NCBI RefSeq assembly: GCF_002113885.1
Contig: NW_018403528.1
Coordinates: 596,433 to 660,432, forward strand
Direction of reading: 5' to 3'
DNA: 64,000 nucleotides
From: Mizuhopecten yessoensis
Lineage: Eukaryota
The notes below the pieces were generated by a model. The model was not told where the DNA came from and did not search any database. It worked only from the letters and a program-made list of their open reading frames with translations. Shown in pieces: positions 27,300 to 47,199 of the stretch. The position numbers and the translations under genes were made by a program. Positions within the stretch are counted from its first letter, which is position 1, and each line of letters starts with the position of its first letter.

Positions 27300-27506
27300 N
27301 NNNNNNNNNNNNNNNNNNNNNNNNNNNNNNNNNNNNNNNNNNNNNNNNNNNNNNNNNNNNNNNNNNNNNNNNNNNNNNNNNNNNNNNNNNNNNNNNNNNN
27401 NNNNNNNNNNNNNNNNNNNNNNNNNNNNNNNNNNNNNNNNNNNNNNNNNNNNNNNNNNNNNNNNNNNNNNNNNNNNNNNNNNNNNNNNNNNNNNNNNNNN
27501 NNNNNN
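27300..27506. other. Assembly gap (N run) next to a poly-C tract
   Basis: 207 Ns; single Ns also at 1399, 35419 and 50559. Confidence 1.
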
Positions 27507-28269
27507 CCCCCCCCCCCCCCCCCCAATACAGACTGTTTGGACTTAACAACCAAAGAACTGTTTGTTCCTTTTTTTATTAGTTCATATTTACAAAGCACCG
27601 TGAACAAAACAGATTATATGTGGAGGTGGTTGCCAGGAACAAGAAACAATATTTCCAGCCCCCTCGCCCCGGACTGTCTAGTCCTGACCTGCTATTGCAA
27701 GACATAACAAATAAAATATGAAATTAGCATTTAGGTTTAAAGTTATAGAACACCGAACATAAGACTAGCCCCTGTCTCTAGAATATTTAATTCACAGAGA
27801 AATATGTGAAAATAACACCAGGATACAGCTGTACAGTTTCTTTACAAAGACGTATAGGCTGGTAGTCAGTCCAGCGTTACAGCTGTAACTTTGAATAGAG
27901 TTAAGAGTGCATGCTACCTAACATTTATATCTATTATTTGAGTTTGATGGGCGAAGAAAAAATAACGACAGTGCAGACAAAGAAATGTGTCACATTGTTC
28001 AGGGCAGTCCGCCCCTTTATTTGCACATGTTACGAACCCGCAATCTACCCAAACCCCTTTCTAAATTGCACCAGGAATTAAACCCCCATACAGACTGTGT
28101 TTGGACTTAGCAATCGGAGAACTGTTTGTAAAGGGCGGGTCGCCCTGAAAATTTGACAAAGTTCTTAGTCTGGACTAGTTTGCCCATATATCAATTTAAC
28201 ATGTGTTTGTGCGGACCCAGTGCCAATTTTGGATCGTACTGTCGGTATTACTTAGTGAGACCTATATAT

Positions 28270-28830
28270 CAACTGAGCTTGAGTTATGATTATATACTAC
28301 CTAAAGCTGACATTTTCTTTTTTAGATTGAGTTAAGGTTATGCGCTACTTAGCACGTGCATCTTTTGTTTGAGTTAAGGTTATATACTACCTTAGACTAA
28401 CATCTGTTATAAATACGAGTTTGAGTTAAGGTTATATACTACCTTATACTAACATCTGTTATATAAGTTTGAGTTAAGGTTGTATGCAACCTAATACTAA
28501 CATCTGTTATATAAGTTTGAGTTAAGGTTATATACTACCTTATACTAACATCTGTTATATGAGTTTGAGTTAAGGTTATATACTACCTTAGCCTCACATC
28601 TGTTATATGAGTTTGAGTTAAGGTTATATACTACCTTAGACTCACATCTGTTATATGAGTTTGAGTTAAGGTTATATACGACCTTATACTAACATCTGTT
28701 ATACGAGTTTGAGTTAAGGTTATATACTACCTTATACTAACATCTGTTATATAAGTTTGAGTTAAGGTTATATACTACCTTAGACAAACATCTGTTATAT
28801 GAGTTTGAGTTAAGGTTGTATGCTACCTAA
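28270..28830. repeat. Minisatellite, 48-bp unit, ~11 copies
   Basis: Unit gagtttgagttaaggttatatactaccttatactaacatctgttatat (consecutive starts at 28561 and 28609). Confidence 0.95.
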
Positions 28831-29529
28831 TATTTGCAGTTTGACAATTGAGTTATCGCCCTTGTAGAGAGAAAACATTATCAATTGTTGACCGTTAATT
28901 GTTTCCCGGAATTAAGTCATCATTATGCAGATGTCGAACATTTTGAGAATAAGTGACACGTGAAGTCGTTAGTTTGTGCTACTTATTAAAACGTACATAA
29001 CTGCGTTTAGTTGTCAAAAGTCTAATCAGATTTACTAGTCGCGAATTGTAGTCAAAATGGCTTTTCAAAAATATATCAAAATTTTCCAATGACCAAAATG
29101 TGGAATGATATCTAATACACTGTATACGGGTTCATACAGCACAGCCAGTGAAGTGTTAAAATGTGTGAGGTTTTGTTGTCTGGAACGTTATGTGCTCTGT
29201 CACCTTTATCAGACAAATCTGATTTAAGTCTTAGTTTGATACTGATGCATGTTACAATATAGAAGGGTGTTTTAAGGAGGATATCCGCTACCACAAATTG
29301 CCTTCCATCTCCATTACAGAAGAGTTACACATATTCACAGATTTGGGATAAAGTAATATTAACCCGGATTTGTTTTTTTGAAATAACATTTGATGTTGTC
29401 ACTAAAGCCAAAAAACACAGATAGAAAATATGTAGGGTGAAAATAAAATGAATATGGCAATGGGTGCAGCAGGAGATCACTTCTCAAAGTCGAGGAAGCA
29501 TACACAAATCCCCTTTTCTGCAGGGAGAT

Positions 29530-29611
29530 CCCACATAGTAGTCTGTTACAACATACGGTGGATAACAGCATACAGTACAATATATTATTCTATCAATCCC
29601 CGACCTGCAGG
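29530..29611 (-). other. Dispersed structured element, copy 2 (degenerate)
   Basis: Minus strand cctgcaggtcggggat...tgctgttatccac...gtggg aligns with 22485-22562. Confidence 0.5.
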
Positions 29612-29984
29612 CGTGCAAAGCATAGACATAGTGACTATGAAATTGGTGAGGTAGTATACAAACTTGTGTTGGTGATGTGTGTCTAAACGTCATTTTCATA
29701 GACCCGATGATATTGGTGGTAAATCAGTATCAATTTGCGTTAACATTAATTCAATTCAAACCACTTTATATTGACGTCATTATTCCATTTTAAATAAATA
29801 AACTTGACTTTTAAGGAACCCGGATTTCCTGCTGTGTACGCCCCTCCCTCGTATAGCCGTGTATAGTCCTTGATGCCTACAATGGAGTGCCTGGGAGTGG
29901 AGTCATTGTGACGGAGTGTTGGTATATGGGGATCGTAATGGCTGAAAGTTAGTATCGGGCTGAGGGAAGATATGATCTAGGATT

Positions 29985-30650
29985 GGTATGGGTGAGGGTT
30001 GGTATATATGACTGATGGTTTGGCGAAGGTTAGTATTGGGTTGGGAAAGATATTGCTTGGTGTTGGTATGTGTGAGGGTTAGTATGGGTGAGGGTTGGGT
30101 ATGGGTGAGGGTTGGTATAAGTTAGGGTTAGTATGGATAAGGGTTAATGTTGGGTATGGGATAGCAACGATTATTGCTGTCATGTATGACTGAGAGTCTG
30201 CCTCAAAATGGTTTGCCGAATTAAGGTTAGTTAGCATCGGGTGCTGAAAGTTGCCGCATAGGGTTGTTATAGGTGAGGTTGCTATGACGTTGGGTTTGAC
30301 GAAGGTTAGTATTGGGTTGGGAAAGATATGGCTTGGAGTTGGTATGTGTGAGGGTTGACTATTGGTGAGGGTTGGGTATGGGTAAGGGTTGGTATGCGTT
30401 AGGGTTGGGTATGGGTGAGGGTTGGGTATGGGTAAGGGTAAGGGTACGTAGGGTATAGGTGATTGTTGGTGTATGCGAGAGTTGGGTATAGGTGAGGTTT
30501 GGGTATAAGTGAGGATTGGTTATGCGTGAGGGTTGGGTATAGGTTAGGGTTCGGTATGCGTGAGGGCTGGGTATAGGTGAGGGTTAGGTATGCGTGAGGG
30601 TTGGGTATAGGTGAGGGTTAGTATGCATGGGATAACGTTTGCTAAGGGGT
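29985..30650 (+). repeat. Degenerate G-rich, telomere-like simple repeat (~18-nt period, gggttgggtatgggtgag)
   Basis: Many GGGTT/GGGTA/GGGTGA/GGGTTA variants with strong G/T strand skew. Confidence 0.85.
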
Positions 30651-32202
30651 TGGGATGATTATTACACAAAGCTGGTATGACTGAGGAGTATTGGGTCGGG
30701 TTGGTACATGTATAACTGAGCTTGGTGTGGGTCGGGTCGACATGGCTAAGATTAAGGATTAGAACAAGTATAGATAGGAGCAAGCTATACTAAAGGTTAC
30801 TGAAGATAAATATTTGAGACATAAACATCAAACAGTTTACAAATCATTGGTGGTCGTTATTGAGATCAGAGAAAATGAATTTGTTTTATTTCTTTATTTG
30901 CTGAAGTTTAAATGTTTATTAGAAGGGAGTGTTAGGTCTACATTTCAGTGACGGTTGATCGCCTTGCGCAATTCGAAACGATGTCGCTCATCTACTAAAC
31001 ATGCATAATTTACGTGCCTTCGTCGGACTACAGCCGACACAGCGTTTGATGCTTGTGTAGTTAGGGTTCAATATTTTATCTCTATGACCAGTATCTATGT
31101 TACGAAATACCAAACTCTGGTAACGACACGATGACGAGGACATTTCAATCACGTGACATCACTACACGTTAAGTGTAATGCACACTGTCAGTGGAAATGT
31201 GACATATTGCTTACAAATATTTCATGAGCAATTGTATCGGATATCTGTACAGGATTGTGAAGCGACATATCACACTTTTGTAACCCGTTCCACCTGTAAA
31301 GGCATGGCTTAAAACATTTTTTCCGCATGCGCAGTGAGGGAAATTATAACTCCCATTATATGAATAATAAATCATTAACCAGATATTCCGATAACATACA
31401 CACTTTACTAGATGTTATCCGAGAGATCAGTTATCTAGTGGGTGGGTTGTGGGTTATCATGCAGTATTTGTTCAACCTTCGCTTTGAAACATTTGAAACC
31501 TGTCAGACAACATGGTACAAAATTATATATACACGAGTATATACGTACGTCTTCCAGGTAAATTATCTAGATTACAAGTCATGTTTTAACACACAGTGAG
31601 TGCAGTATGCAGATCGTCGGGCTCCGTGGGACTTGCTCCGTGTGTGATCGGTACACATATCGACATTGAATGCACTTTGCAGGGTTGCACTACCAGTTTT
31701 ACCCACTGCGAGAGAGTACTTAACAGTAATAAGCACCAAGGCCATTCATTCTTACGGGTCTGATCGTTTCCTGGGTGTCCGCCAGGCGTATCTTACACAC
31801 TAACCTGCAGGGGGACAGTGATCTCTGTGGCGGGACATGACACATTTGGATAGACGATATCTGACGTAGACGATATAACGATATCTGAATTTAGATCGAC
31901 AATATATTTCTGAAAGAAAAGTTATTGTCTTAAATGCATTTCCTTCCCGAAGGAAGTAAACGGTCTCTCTCCCTTGGGGCAGTTTCTTTGGTAAAGTCTA
32001 CCGATAGCGCCCCAATGTTCGTTAGTAATTTTTTTTTGTAAAACAACCGGCTTGTTTAAAAAAACGTAATAGAACCTTAATACATACAAATATCAAAGAA
32101 TCATTTTGCATCCCTTTTCTGTCAAATCATCCGTAAGAGGGCGTCTGTTCGTATGTCTGCCTTACAACGAGAGATAGAGATTTCCCTACATTGAGAGTAA
32201 TA

Positions 32203-32478
32203 AAAAAATCAAACATCATTCGCCTTAATTAATTAAGGGGTTTGTTATACCGTCTTTGCGTTTTGCAGAGTTATCTTCTCTTGGGAGCAGGTATTGATTG
32301 TTACGTCATTGATTTGTGTGAGAAAATTACGTCGTTTTCTCGACAATTGATGACGTTACTCTCACAAACAATTGACGTACCAATCAATACCTCCTCCCAA
32401 GAGAAGATAACTCTGCAATATGCAAAGACGGAATAACAAACCCCTTAATTAATTAAGGGGAATGATGTTTGATTTTTT
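32203..32478. mobile_element. ~275-bp foldback: palindromic MITE copy 2 (32246-32435) plus ~43-bp outer inverted arms
   Basis: Outer arms aaaaaatcaaacatcattcgccttaattaattaaggggtttgt / acaaaccccttaattaattaaggggaatgatgtttgatttttt enclose the same MITE as 2455-2642. Confidence 0.88.
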
Positions 32479-32559
32479 GAATACAGTTATTTGGTATCTG
32501 AGTAATTTTAGTTTAATGCGATGTCCCTAACCCCTCCTGCATTCACTACTCACCATATA

Positions 32560-33510
32560 TGAGACTTGGGGTGAGGGGGGTTACGAAGTTTTAGGACCAG
32601 ATGTAAAAGAAAACTGATAATATACCTTAACACTCTAACGGTATTCCTGCACATAGTTCTAACTCATTGATATTATATTACTAGTAAGGATATTAATTTC
32701 TTCTCAAGTCAATCCAAAATGCTATCATCAATCTTCAAACATACCAGAGAACGCTGTTATTTTACTGACTAACGAAGAAAAACAATGTTATGATATATTA
32801 CATAAAGATTGAATCATTAAATAGCAGTTCTATGGCTACTTTTAACTTTGCTAATGATCATTCGAAATTTTATATCAGAAAAAAAGGAAAGGGCTCTATC
32901 TAGCATTTCAATCGGTTCTTTTATTCTAAAACTAACTTGATAATTATGAGTTACAACAGATATGGTATGTGAAATCAGAGACATATATATCTGCAATTAA
33001 AAAATTGACACAGGGAATTAAAACTAGCATTTTTAAAGAATTTTAAACTAACTTTTTCAGGAAACTACAAGCGATGACAGATACAAATATATTATTCTTG
33101 TATAAAGATATTAAAAAAAATATACACACAAGAAAAATACCTATCTATCACTTATAAAAACATAAGAATGTTGTATACAAAATTCAGATTGTGTGAGCGT
33201 AACCTTAAACTGGCAATAGGAAGATCAAGAAAAAAACCTAGAGAGCAAAGAGTATGTAAAAATATCTTGTTCTAGAAGATGAAGAATACTTCTTCTTCAG
33301 GTGTGGCTATAATACACGGCTGAGACAGGAATATTTTTAAGTATAAATATTCAAAACTATGCTATACTTGACACAAATACTTTAACACATATTCTATCTT
33401 CTGACAATATGCAACTCACCGGCCACTTAAACTGAGGAGTGTGGGCCTGGCTTCTGTGTAAGTTTGTATATTGTTCACCCTTGCAGTTATAAATGGGCAA
33501 TAACATTATT
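32560..33510 (+). mobile_element. Highly decayed LINE ORF2 3' fragment (RTE-X-like)
   Basis: At ~33180, KFRLCERNLKLAIGRSRKKPREQRVCK echoes the RLxSHxLxIETGR..RxC motif of the two other copies. Confidence 0.6.
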
Positions 33511-34439
33511 TAATTGAATATACGTCTCTGGTGATATGATACATGCAGAACAAATCAACTCTGACGTGCAAACACAATCGTGACCGATTTGAATTTGAAA
33601 TTTATTCAGGTTAAGATTTCAACGAATTTAGTTCTGGTTAGCTTGAAATTCATTTCGATTTCTACATTTCGGAATAATAAATATTTTTAGCGAAAGATAG
33701 AGTATAATAAATGTATTATTTTAACAACTCAATACAAATTCCGATTTATTCATTTCGGAATAGTAGATATTTATAGCGAAGGACGACAAAGTTTAATAAC
33801 ATACGTTTTTACAACTTTAAAACACAAATAATGAGAACAAACAGTCAAAGTAACGACGTATCATGATCTATCTGTATTTGTGGGCTAACAGTGCTCTATC
33901 AATTTAGACCAGAATTAATCAGCAATCGACAAAAAAAAAAATCGAAATGAGAAGTTACTTCTCTAATATCACAGAATATATGTTCAAGATAAATTAATTA
34001 AAAAAGAGCTGTCAGCAGCTGTACTGCCTGTAGCCAGTGTAGGCCTATAATGGGATATACCACGGAATTAGTTATCCGAGTCCGTGGCTAACACTATTAG
34101 AAAAATAACAGAAAATCTAGCCGGCGGGACAGCATTTAGTGATTACGTTTGTTACGACTGACATAGAACTAGATACGTATCGTATTTTGTTTACTGAATT
34201 GAAGTTTCCAGTATAACCGTGAGTATGACGGTGTTATCATGAACCCAGCTAGCTATCTACGCTGTGTTAGCCTAAATAACGTGTGACCACGTACATTTAA
34301 ACAGCCCTTTGTTCCACAATGAAAGCGATGTTCATTTAACTACTGAATGATTCCTATGAAAACAATGCTAGTTTCACATAATTGATGTCGTCTAGTCTAA
34401 ATTTGATCCTCAAAGAATGTGAAATTATGAATTTCCCCG

Positions 34440-34855
34440 TGCGACATGTGAGTATGCTGCCTCTCCGGAACTCTCCTCACAAAATAAACATCCATCTGCC
34501 GCAGTGCGCGTTGTCGCATTGCAGGTGTAACCGAACCAATGAGCGTTACCGTTACAAACGTTTCCGTGGTAATTTAGGGCGAGATACGAGCCATTTCCGC
34601 GATGTTGATGGAAGCTGAACTGAAAATAGTCCATTCTTAATTCAACGATTCCTAGTTTACACGTACATTTTCTGCTGTGGAATTATACGATATTTGTGAA
34701 TACAGATAGTTTGTATAAGAACCAAGGAAGCCATTTGGATTTATCTACAAATACAACACAGCGGACTAATATAACCGACAGGACTACCGGTGTAAACTAA
34801 ACACGGGGAATATAGAGCATCTGAACACGGCAGACAGCTTAGTTTAAAATCCACA
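34440..34855 (+). promoter_or_regulatory. Probable calmodulin promoter / 5' UTR
   Basis: Locally CpG-rich; NF-Y-type aaCCAATgag at 34534-34543; directly upstream of the ATG exon. TSS not determinable. Confidence 0.45.
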
Positions 34856-42154
<7,299 letters not shown>

Positions 42155-42726
42155 TTACGGACTATGGACATATTAGATTTTTTCATTAAATTTGTTGTCA
42201 TTAAAAATCACGTGGAATGTACGTTGTTGGTACACTTTTGTGACCAAACTGGGGGATAAATGCAGTCAATATGTTGCTGATGGAAGCCAGACTGGATGGC
42301 CGAAGGTTGTAGGATCCCTTTGACAGCGACACTGTATTTCTAGGCCAAGGGATGATGAACAAGACTCCTGTGGGATACATGTCCCAGTTTTTGTTGTAGA
42401 GCTGCTATTTTGCTCTACAGATGCTATGGATTTTCAGGCAGGGAGATTTCTAGTTGTTAGTAAAGTGTAACTAGCTTAGACACTAAAGTATTTGTAAAAA
42501 AAAAAAGATGGAAAAAGTTGTATGTTACAGGTGTCTATTGACTGTTGTTGTTGACAGACGTTTCACTCATCGACATTTTTCTCATTACCTGTTAACATTT
42601 GTTGTTACATCCTGTGCATTTCTCTTCATTATCCATTCTTCAGGAAAACATTAAGGGTGTACAAATCGGTAAATTCACCTTTCATCGTGAGATTATATGG
42701 ATAAAAGATAATCATGATTGTCTCAA

Positions 42727-42940
42727 AATAAATATTATTGTAATTTTTCAGAGTTCTATTTTGTCATCCCTTCTTCGAAGTTGTTGCTAAAATCTTTTCA
42801 ATCTGGGTTGGGAGCATGTAGCTGCACAGAACTAACCGTACATGTATGTCTGGTGGATAGTATTTAAAGATGTTTATTTATATTTCAAAACTGTTTACTT
42901 TCAGGAGATATGTATATATATTATATATATAGTTAATAAA
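42727..42940 (+). promoter_or_regulatory. Candidate CaM polyadenylation signals (AATAAA at 42727-42732 and 42935-42940)
   Basis: Canonical hexamers ~570 and ~780 nt after the stop codon. Confidence 0.55.
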
Positions 42941-43703
42941 ATTGAATATATGTCAAGATTAATTGATTTCCAACAGTTCCTTTCTACATGTGTTTACACA
43001 TAATTTACTAAACTGTTTCACGGAAGTCTACCTACATTTAATACATGTGGTAGCAGGGTTTTTATTAAGACACCAATCCTTATGGAAACTATTGCTATAT
43101 TCTGCCAAATTCTTTTCAAAATTCATTCCTATTGGGAGTAAAATATATAAGAAAACAAAAAATATATTCTTCAATAGGTCAATACGGTCACTATTTATCA
43201 GAAAAATCTGAAATTAAATTTTCTGAAAACAAATAAATCAGGGGGTTTGATGCTTCGTTTAAAAAAACTTGTTCAAAAAATTTACCATTTGGGCTACTAT
43301 TTTCCTGAATTCCAAAGTCACTGGCCGCATTTCCAGAGTGGGATAAAAACCCTGGATGCACTCGACTAACAAAAAGAAAAGATAATTGAATCAATACCAT
43401 AGTGTCGCAAACACCAGACGAAATCAATCTATATAAACATGAATAACGATGCTTCCCTGTAAGTATGGGGATAGATATAATACCATGGGAACGATATTGA
43501 ATTATTTTTGAAGAGTGGTGCAGCATTTAGAAACCACTGAAAATTTGTATAAAGCAGGATGGATCTACAATTGTGAGGAGTGTCCGCCCGCCAACACTTT
43601 GGGTTTACNGATCAGCTCATGGTCCTGACAAAGTTAAGTTAACATTATACTATTTTTTACTCAAATTGGTACATATTTCAACAACAAAAATAAATACTGT
43701 AGA

Positions 43704-43739
43704 CTCAGGTGACCGTTAAGGCCCATGGGCCTCTTGTTT
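43704..43739 (+). mobile_element. Isolated 3' terminus of a Helentron-associated (HINE-like) element
   Basis: caggtgaccg subterminal repeat followed by the aggcccatgggcct palindrome and cttgttt. Confidence 0.6.
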
Positions 43740-44052
43740 ACATGTACACACTACATGAAGATCTAGACTGAGGCTACTTCCTGTTCGAACTTGAGCAAAA
43801 ACTGCATAATTAATTGGCATACTGTGCTCTGATCGGAAATTTTCCTAAACTTCAGTTTCTGCAAGATAACTTGCTTAAGTATCGATCATTTTTTATTAAA
43901 CTTTTTGCATGCACACAAGTTGAAGAACAAGTCTTATTGGAAGTTGAGCAAAGTTCATGCATGATCAATAAGTATGATATGCTCTTATTGGCTGACTAGT
44001 TTCTGCACATAAACTTCTTTAATTATGATGGGAATCTGATGAAACTTTGTCA

Positions 44053-44828
44053 TTAGCTCGCCTGCCTAAAGAGTATGTGAGCTTATGCATGTCATGGCAC
44101 GGCGTCAACCTTTTTGTTTTAACAACTTCTTCTGAAAGTCCGAAAGTACTACAGTCTAATATTTGGCCAGTTACATTCTATGATGGAGTCCAAAATAGTT
44201 TGGGAATGAAAAAGACTCCTACTTTCAAGGTCACAGGGGTCAAATAGGTTTAAACCTTCAAACAACTTCTGAATACCATAAATGCCTGTATCATGATCGT
44301 TGGCCAGTAGCATCCTATGATGGAGCCCCATCAAAGTTTGCAAATGAAAATGACCTTGACCTACTTTCAAGGTCACGGGTGTCGAATATCGATAGGTCTA
44401 AACCTTCAAACGACTTCTGAAGATCCGAAAGGAATCATGTTAGGCCAGTAGCATCATTTGATGGAGCCCGACAAAGTTTGTGATTGAAAGTGACCTTCAC
44501 CTTTTAATTGGGTTGGATCAATGTCTGTATAATGTAACCAGTTGTGGTATCATTGCTACCATGCCTGCGGCCTCTCGCTGTGGTGGCACCTTTTTTTTTA
44601 ATTAAGAGTCCGTCAGTGGTCGCATCATTCTTGGACCCCATCCTTATATGACCTTGGCTGTTGCTAAAACGATAAACAAATAACAACATCCGAAACGTGT
44701 CGAGTCCTGCTCCTATTCCCCCACCAGCAGCCTGTGTGTTACAGGGGTCAAATAACTCCACCTTCCACCGCTTCTGAATATTTGGCCAACAACTCCAAAA
44801 CAAACAGGTGAGCGATGCAGGTCCTTAT
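44053..44828 (+). mobile_element. HINE-like non-autonomous Helentron with internal ~150-bp repeats
   Basis: Subterminal inverted repeats gctcgcctg (5') / caggtgagc (3'); ~3 internal repeats containing acttctgaa, ttggccagt and ctttcaaggtcac. Confidence 0.7.
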
Positions 44829-46938
44829 ACAGTGCAAAGGCTCCACTTAAAAATAGAAAATGAGCAATACCTGCACACAATTTACTTCGTTAATGTTTGA
44901 ACTTCGTCTAATAGTGAAATCCGTCTGTAATTAATAAACAAGATTTATGGTGTAAGAGCAATTTTATCGAAATATACACCAAGGGAGACAATTTCTATGA
45001 AAATGGGGAATCCATAAATATTGCTTTAGCTTAGTTGGTCAAGTGCAGTATGCTTTCTCCTCATTCCACAAATAGTTTTTCAACTTTAATGAGTTATACA
45101 GTACAAATGTTTCTTGCACATGTCCGTTTCTTATATTGATTTTTGGAAAAGGGAGATAATGACATAGTAGAAAATGCAAAAAAAACTATGTCGGTGTGTT
45201 CGTTTTTGTGCTATGATCGGTCAAAGATACCAATTTAACGCAATATGTGATTTTAGGTGAATTTTCGGGTTTTGACCATTTGCAGAACAAATTCATACAA
45301 TTTCTTCCAAGTGTGTTATCAGATATGTATGAATGTTTGTAGAATTGATAAAAATATTATTTTCTTTGAAACTATGTAAGTAAAATGTCTTAAACTTATT
45401 TATTTTACTCAGAAATGCGATTTTAGTTACCCCTACCCCTTATTTTTTAATGAAAAAATGCACATTTTTCACCATTTTTTGCCGATTAAACGCTTGATAT
45501 AAAAAAATCCTGTAATCAACTTTTTTTAGTATTCAATGAATCAAAAGAAAATGTGTTTCTCTTTCTAAAACAGCCACAAAAATGGGGGGTCGGTGTGCTT
45601 CTTTTTTTGTCCCATTATTATTTGTGTTATTTTTCACCTTTTTCGGGGTCAAAAATCAAAAGTGCTTCAGTTACCCTAATATGTAAAAATAATATCAATA
45701 ATCTATAACTTTCCACTTTTTTGCATATTATTTTAATCATATTGAACATTATAAAGTTGTACAGCAAAATTGAACCTGCTACAATTAAAAATGGTGACAC
45801 AATGACAATTTAAGTGATCGATCTAGTGTCAAAAAAGGAGAATTTTGGCCCTTTGTGAAGCGCAAGAAATTCACATAAATACACTTTTTTCAAAATGGCC
45901 GCCAAATTGGTCATTTTTTAAAAATTCTTGTAAAAAATGTTCTACACGCAACAGACATCTAGTTTTTTTTACATGTTTTTCAGATGTGTGTTTGCTATTA
46001 TACCTATCATAATTTGTTAAATATTACAAAAACCCATTACACCAGATCAAAACGAGACTTGAACGTGACTGAAACCTCAGAAGAGTACATCCTTAAGGGA
46101 CTGATATAGTTACCTACCAACCATCAAATTATTTTGAAATGGTTTTAACAACACGAAAATAGATTTAGATTTTAAAAAAGCTCGTTTAAAAATATCCAGA
46201 AAATAGGTTGATATAGGTAGGGAAAGCTGAACACCATTTACATGGTCAAAACTCATTAACCCGTTTCAAGTTCTAACAGAAACTATCTGCTTCGATGACC
46301 ATATAATTCAACTGAGAGCCTCACAAAAAAGCTTCTTGAACTGGGATTTTGTGTTGCTGTGATTTTTTTGAACATAAGTAAGACCGTACAAAAGGTTATT
46401 AAGAAACCTGGAAATAACCACAGCATACAAAGGACATTCAAGCTGTTTATTATTAGAGCGCTGCCATAAAAAAAAAAAATTCTCACTTCTTAGCAGAACA
46501 GAATTGCACAAACCCATCACTTAGCACTTGCCCTGTTGTAAACATCCAAACGCCCAAACGATCCCTATGATCTAATAGATTGATCTTTGGGTGTCTACAG
46601 CCACCAACTGATCCATACATGTAGCTTCTCGTAAACTAGCGTAAAAGCCGATAATATAAATTTGACGGGGGACACCATTAAATTGCAACGAAAATACAGT
46701 AAACTTCATAAAAGTGTGGCAATGCCTTGAACAAGTTCGCGTTTTGGGTTTCTATGTTGAATGTCGAGGTCAATATTTACTATTTTGTCGCTCTATCGAC
46801 TTCATTCCTCAACGGAATTTTATGAAACTTGATACAATTGTTTGCCATGACAATACCTTCAACAGATGCAATCGCTACAGTTACTGTTACATCATTGAAT
46901 TTTCTATTCATTTCCTCATACATATGGCACACAATGTG

Positions 46939-47035
46939 TTAGTCCGAATTATTCTGACGTTTTATCGACTTTTTTTATATCGGTCTGTCGTCGATTATAA
47001 AAAAGCCGATAAAACATCAGAATAATTCGGACTAA
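46939..47035. mobile_element. 97-bp hairpin element / MITE
   Basis: Arms ttagtccgaattattctgacgttttatcgactttttt / aaaaaagccgataaaacatcagaataattcggactaa. Confidence 0.8.
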
Positions 47036-47199
47036 ATGTGTGAATGCGAGGGGATTTTTATCACTTGTGATGCCTTGTTTTGATTTTGTGAAATGTGTAC
47101 GATTTCGGAAATATAACATACCTATGGAACCCAACGATGTTTTAAGTATAGCTCAAAGGAGGTAGATTCCAGATGTGTTACTTTGCCATACTTTAAAAA

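Noticed and set aside
1-28830. 36-52 bp periodic arrays as CRISPR arrays
   Set aside because: Units are contiguous with no unique spacers, there are no cas genes, and the context is an intron-containing eukaryotic genome.
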